Assembly: GCF_009914755.1 (NCBI RefSeq)
Contig: NC_060928.1
From: the human T2T-CHM13v2.0 reference genome, Homo sapiens
Length of the DNA: 64,000 bases
Direction: 5' to 3' (one strand)
Positions within the stretch are counted from its first letter, which is position 1. Each line of letters starts with the position of its first letter. A program made the position numbers and the translations under genes. Shown in pieces: positions 62,341 through 64,000 of this stretch. Below the pieces are notes generated by a model. That model was given only the letters and a program-made list of their open reading frames with translations, searched no databases and was not told the DNA's origin.

Positions 62341-62759
62341 GTATAGCTTTCTGGTGGCAGAGAATAGAGACTTGAAAGGAGACACATACCTGGAAAGAAT
62401 CTAAAAATGTGAGGCTGAAAGAAGGCAATTGACAATGGAGTGTGGCAGGATATTCCATAACAATCACTCTTCCTTGCAGACCATAAATGTCATTAAGATT
62501 TGAAAGAGCCAGGTCTCCCCCAAGACCCAGGAAGGAGAGCAGGCCCTGCTCCCTCTTATGCCTTCCATGGTTCCCACACCTCCTCAGTGCTGGGGACTTC
62601 CTAGTTTGAGACTGGCTGGGCTTTGCTTGGTGAGCTCCTGCCTGGCCCTGGTCCACAGGAAGGTGTCAAAGGCAGGTGAGCAGTAGGGCAGGAAATGTAG
62701 TACTACCCATTGGAAGAGTTACCTTCCACCCACGGTCATTTATGTGCCCAACTCACTTC

Positions 62760-63320
62760 AAAGCTCTTAGGTGTGTCATAGGTGATCTTGTTTACCTATT
62801 CATTTATTAATAATCTGTCTTCCCACAAGAATAATGTGCTCCCATGAGAACAGGGGCCTCATCTGTCTTGTTTGCCATAGCAACATCTATGTCAAGGGCA
62901 ATGCCGGGCTCATTTTAACTAGAAAATAGATATTTGCTGAATGACTGATTGAAGTAATGAATCTTGTCCTATGTGCCCATTTTACAGAAGAGGACACAAA
63001 GCAACACCATGACTTGCCTCTGGTCACACAGGTGGAGGTTGAACCTGGACTAGAATCCAGTTCTTCACCTCTCTCAGGTCTTTAATCAAAAGTCACCTAA
63101 TTGAGGACTTCCCTGGCCAACTATAAAAAACTCCACACTCCTACACCAGCCAACATTTCACATTTCACATTCCCTTCTGTTTTTTTTTCTTTCTGAGCAC
63201 TTCTCATGATGGAAACACACTATTTGTACCTTGTTCATCATTTGTTCCTTCCTGTAGAATGTGGGCTGCAGGAGGGCAGGGGTTTTTGTCTGTGTGTTCG
63301 CTGCTGTACCACCAGCAACA
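62760..63320. mobile_element. L2 3' fragments with an intervening MIR (~62965-63075)
   Basis: tgtgctcccatgagaacagggg...tttgctgaatgactga; tagaatgtgggctgcaggagggcaggggtttttgtctg. Confidence 0.65.
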
Positions 63321-63334
63321 ACAACACCAATGGC

Positions 63335-63580
63335 CATGGCTAATGTTTATTGAGCACTTGCTGTGTGCCAGGCACGTGACATGGAATATCTCATTTAAAA
63401 TCCCTAGCAGTTCCAGGAAGTAGATGTTGTTATTATGCCCATTTTATAGATGGGAAGACGGACCTTAGAGAAGTTAAGTAACTTGTACTTATCAGGAAGT
63501 GACAGAGGTGGGACAAGAAGCCAGATCCGTCTGACACCCAGGTCCTGTCTTTGACCACTAAGCCCTGAACTGCCTCCCAG
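63335..63580 (-). mobile_element. MIR
   Basis: tttattgagcacttgctgtgtgccaggcac...cccattttatagatgggaa...agagaagttaagtaacttg. Confidence 0.85.
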
Positions 63581-64000
63581 CAAGAGCCTTTGTGGTGGGA
63601 GTTGGCTGAGATGTCTGGGCCAGCAGAGCTAATAGCCTCCTGTCCTCCTTCCCCAGGCAGCTGCTCTTTTCCTATGACTCAGCTCTACTCACAGAGGAGC
63701 CAAATGAGGCTGCAAATCAGAGCTGGTGACCAAGGCCACCACAAAGCTCCTGACATGCCATTTCGGCTGGCATTTCACCTGGTCACCCAACATCATCAGT
63801 CTCTGAGTAGGAAGACAAAGAGGCAGCCTATTCTTAACTCAGACTAATTGTAGAGAGGCTCCCCCCACCCCCTTTCTCAGAAGATCCACCTCCTGACCTA
63901 CACCCCATTTGCAAACCCTCCTAGAGCAGAGTGGGAAGAGCCCAGCATGTCAGCGCTTTTCCCCTCGCCATGATTAGCAGATTGTCTTCCAACCACAGAG

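Overview
Primate (human-like) genomic DNA dominated by interspersed repeats: about 20 Alu/FLAM elements, several LINE-1 copies (one full-length L1PA-type, one 5'-intact but 3'-truncated L1PA-type, and older L1M pieces), three same-orientation MER11 (HERV-K11) solo LTRs, MLT/LTR33 LTRs, MIR/L2 relics, hAT and Tigger DNA-transposon remnants, and microsatellites. No protein-coding gene, rRNA, tRNA or CRISPR array can be supported. Nearly all listed ORFs are repeat-derived or chance frames, so the window looks intronic, intergenic or lncRNA-like. I found no evidence for a new biological system. The most interesting signals are: (1) a ~100-bp tract with a shared unusual A-run in two L1s of different subfamilies 8.9 kb apart, probably gene conversion; (2) an old ~200-bp local duplication dropped into an L2, with a minus-strand splice-donor motif in both copies; (3) the MER11 cluster, including an LTR just upstream of L1 ORF1; (4) an HNF1/FOX/CEBP motif cluster near 54 kb; (5) a few candidate exons. 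Repeat subfamily names come from recalled consensus sequences, not a database search. Boundaries of old repeats are approximate.
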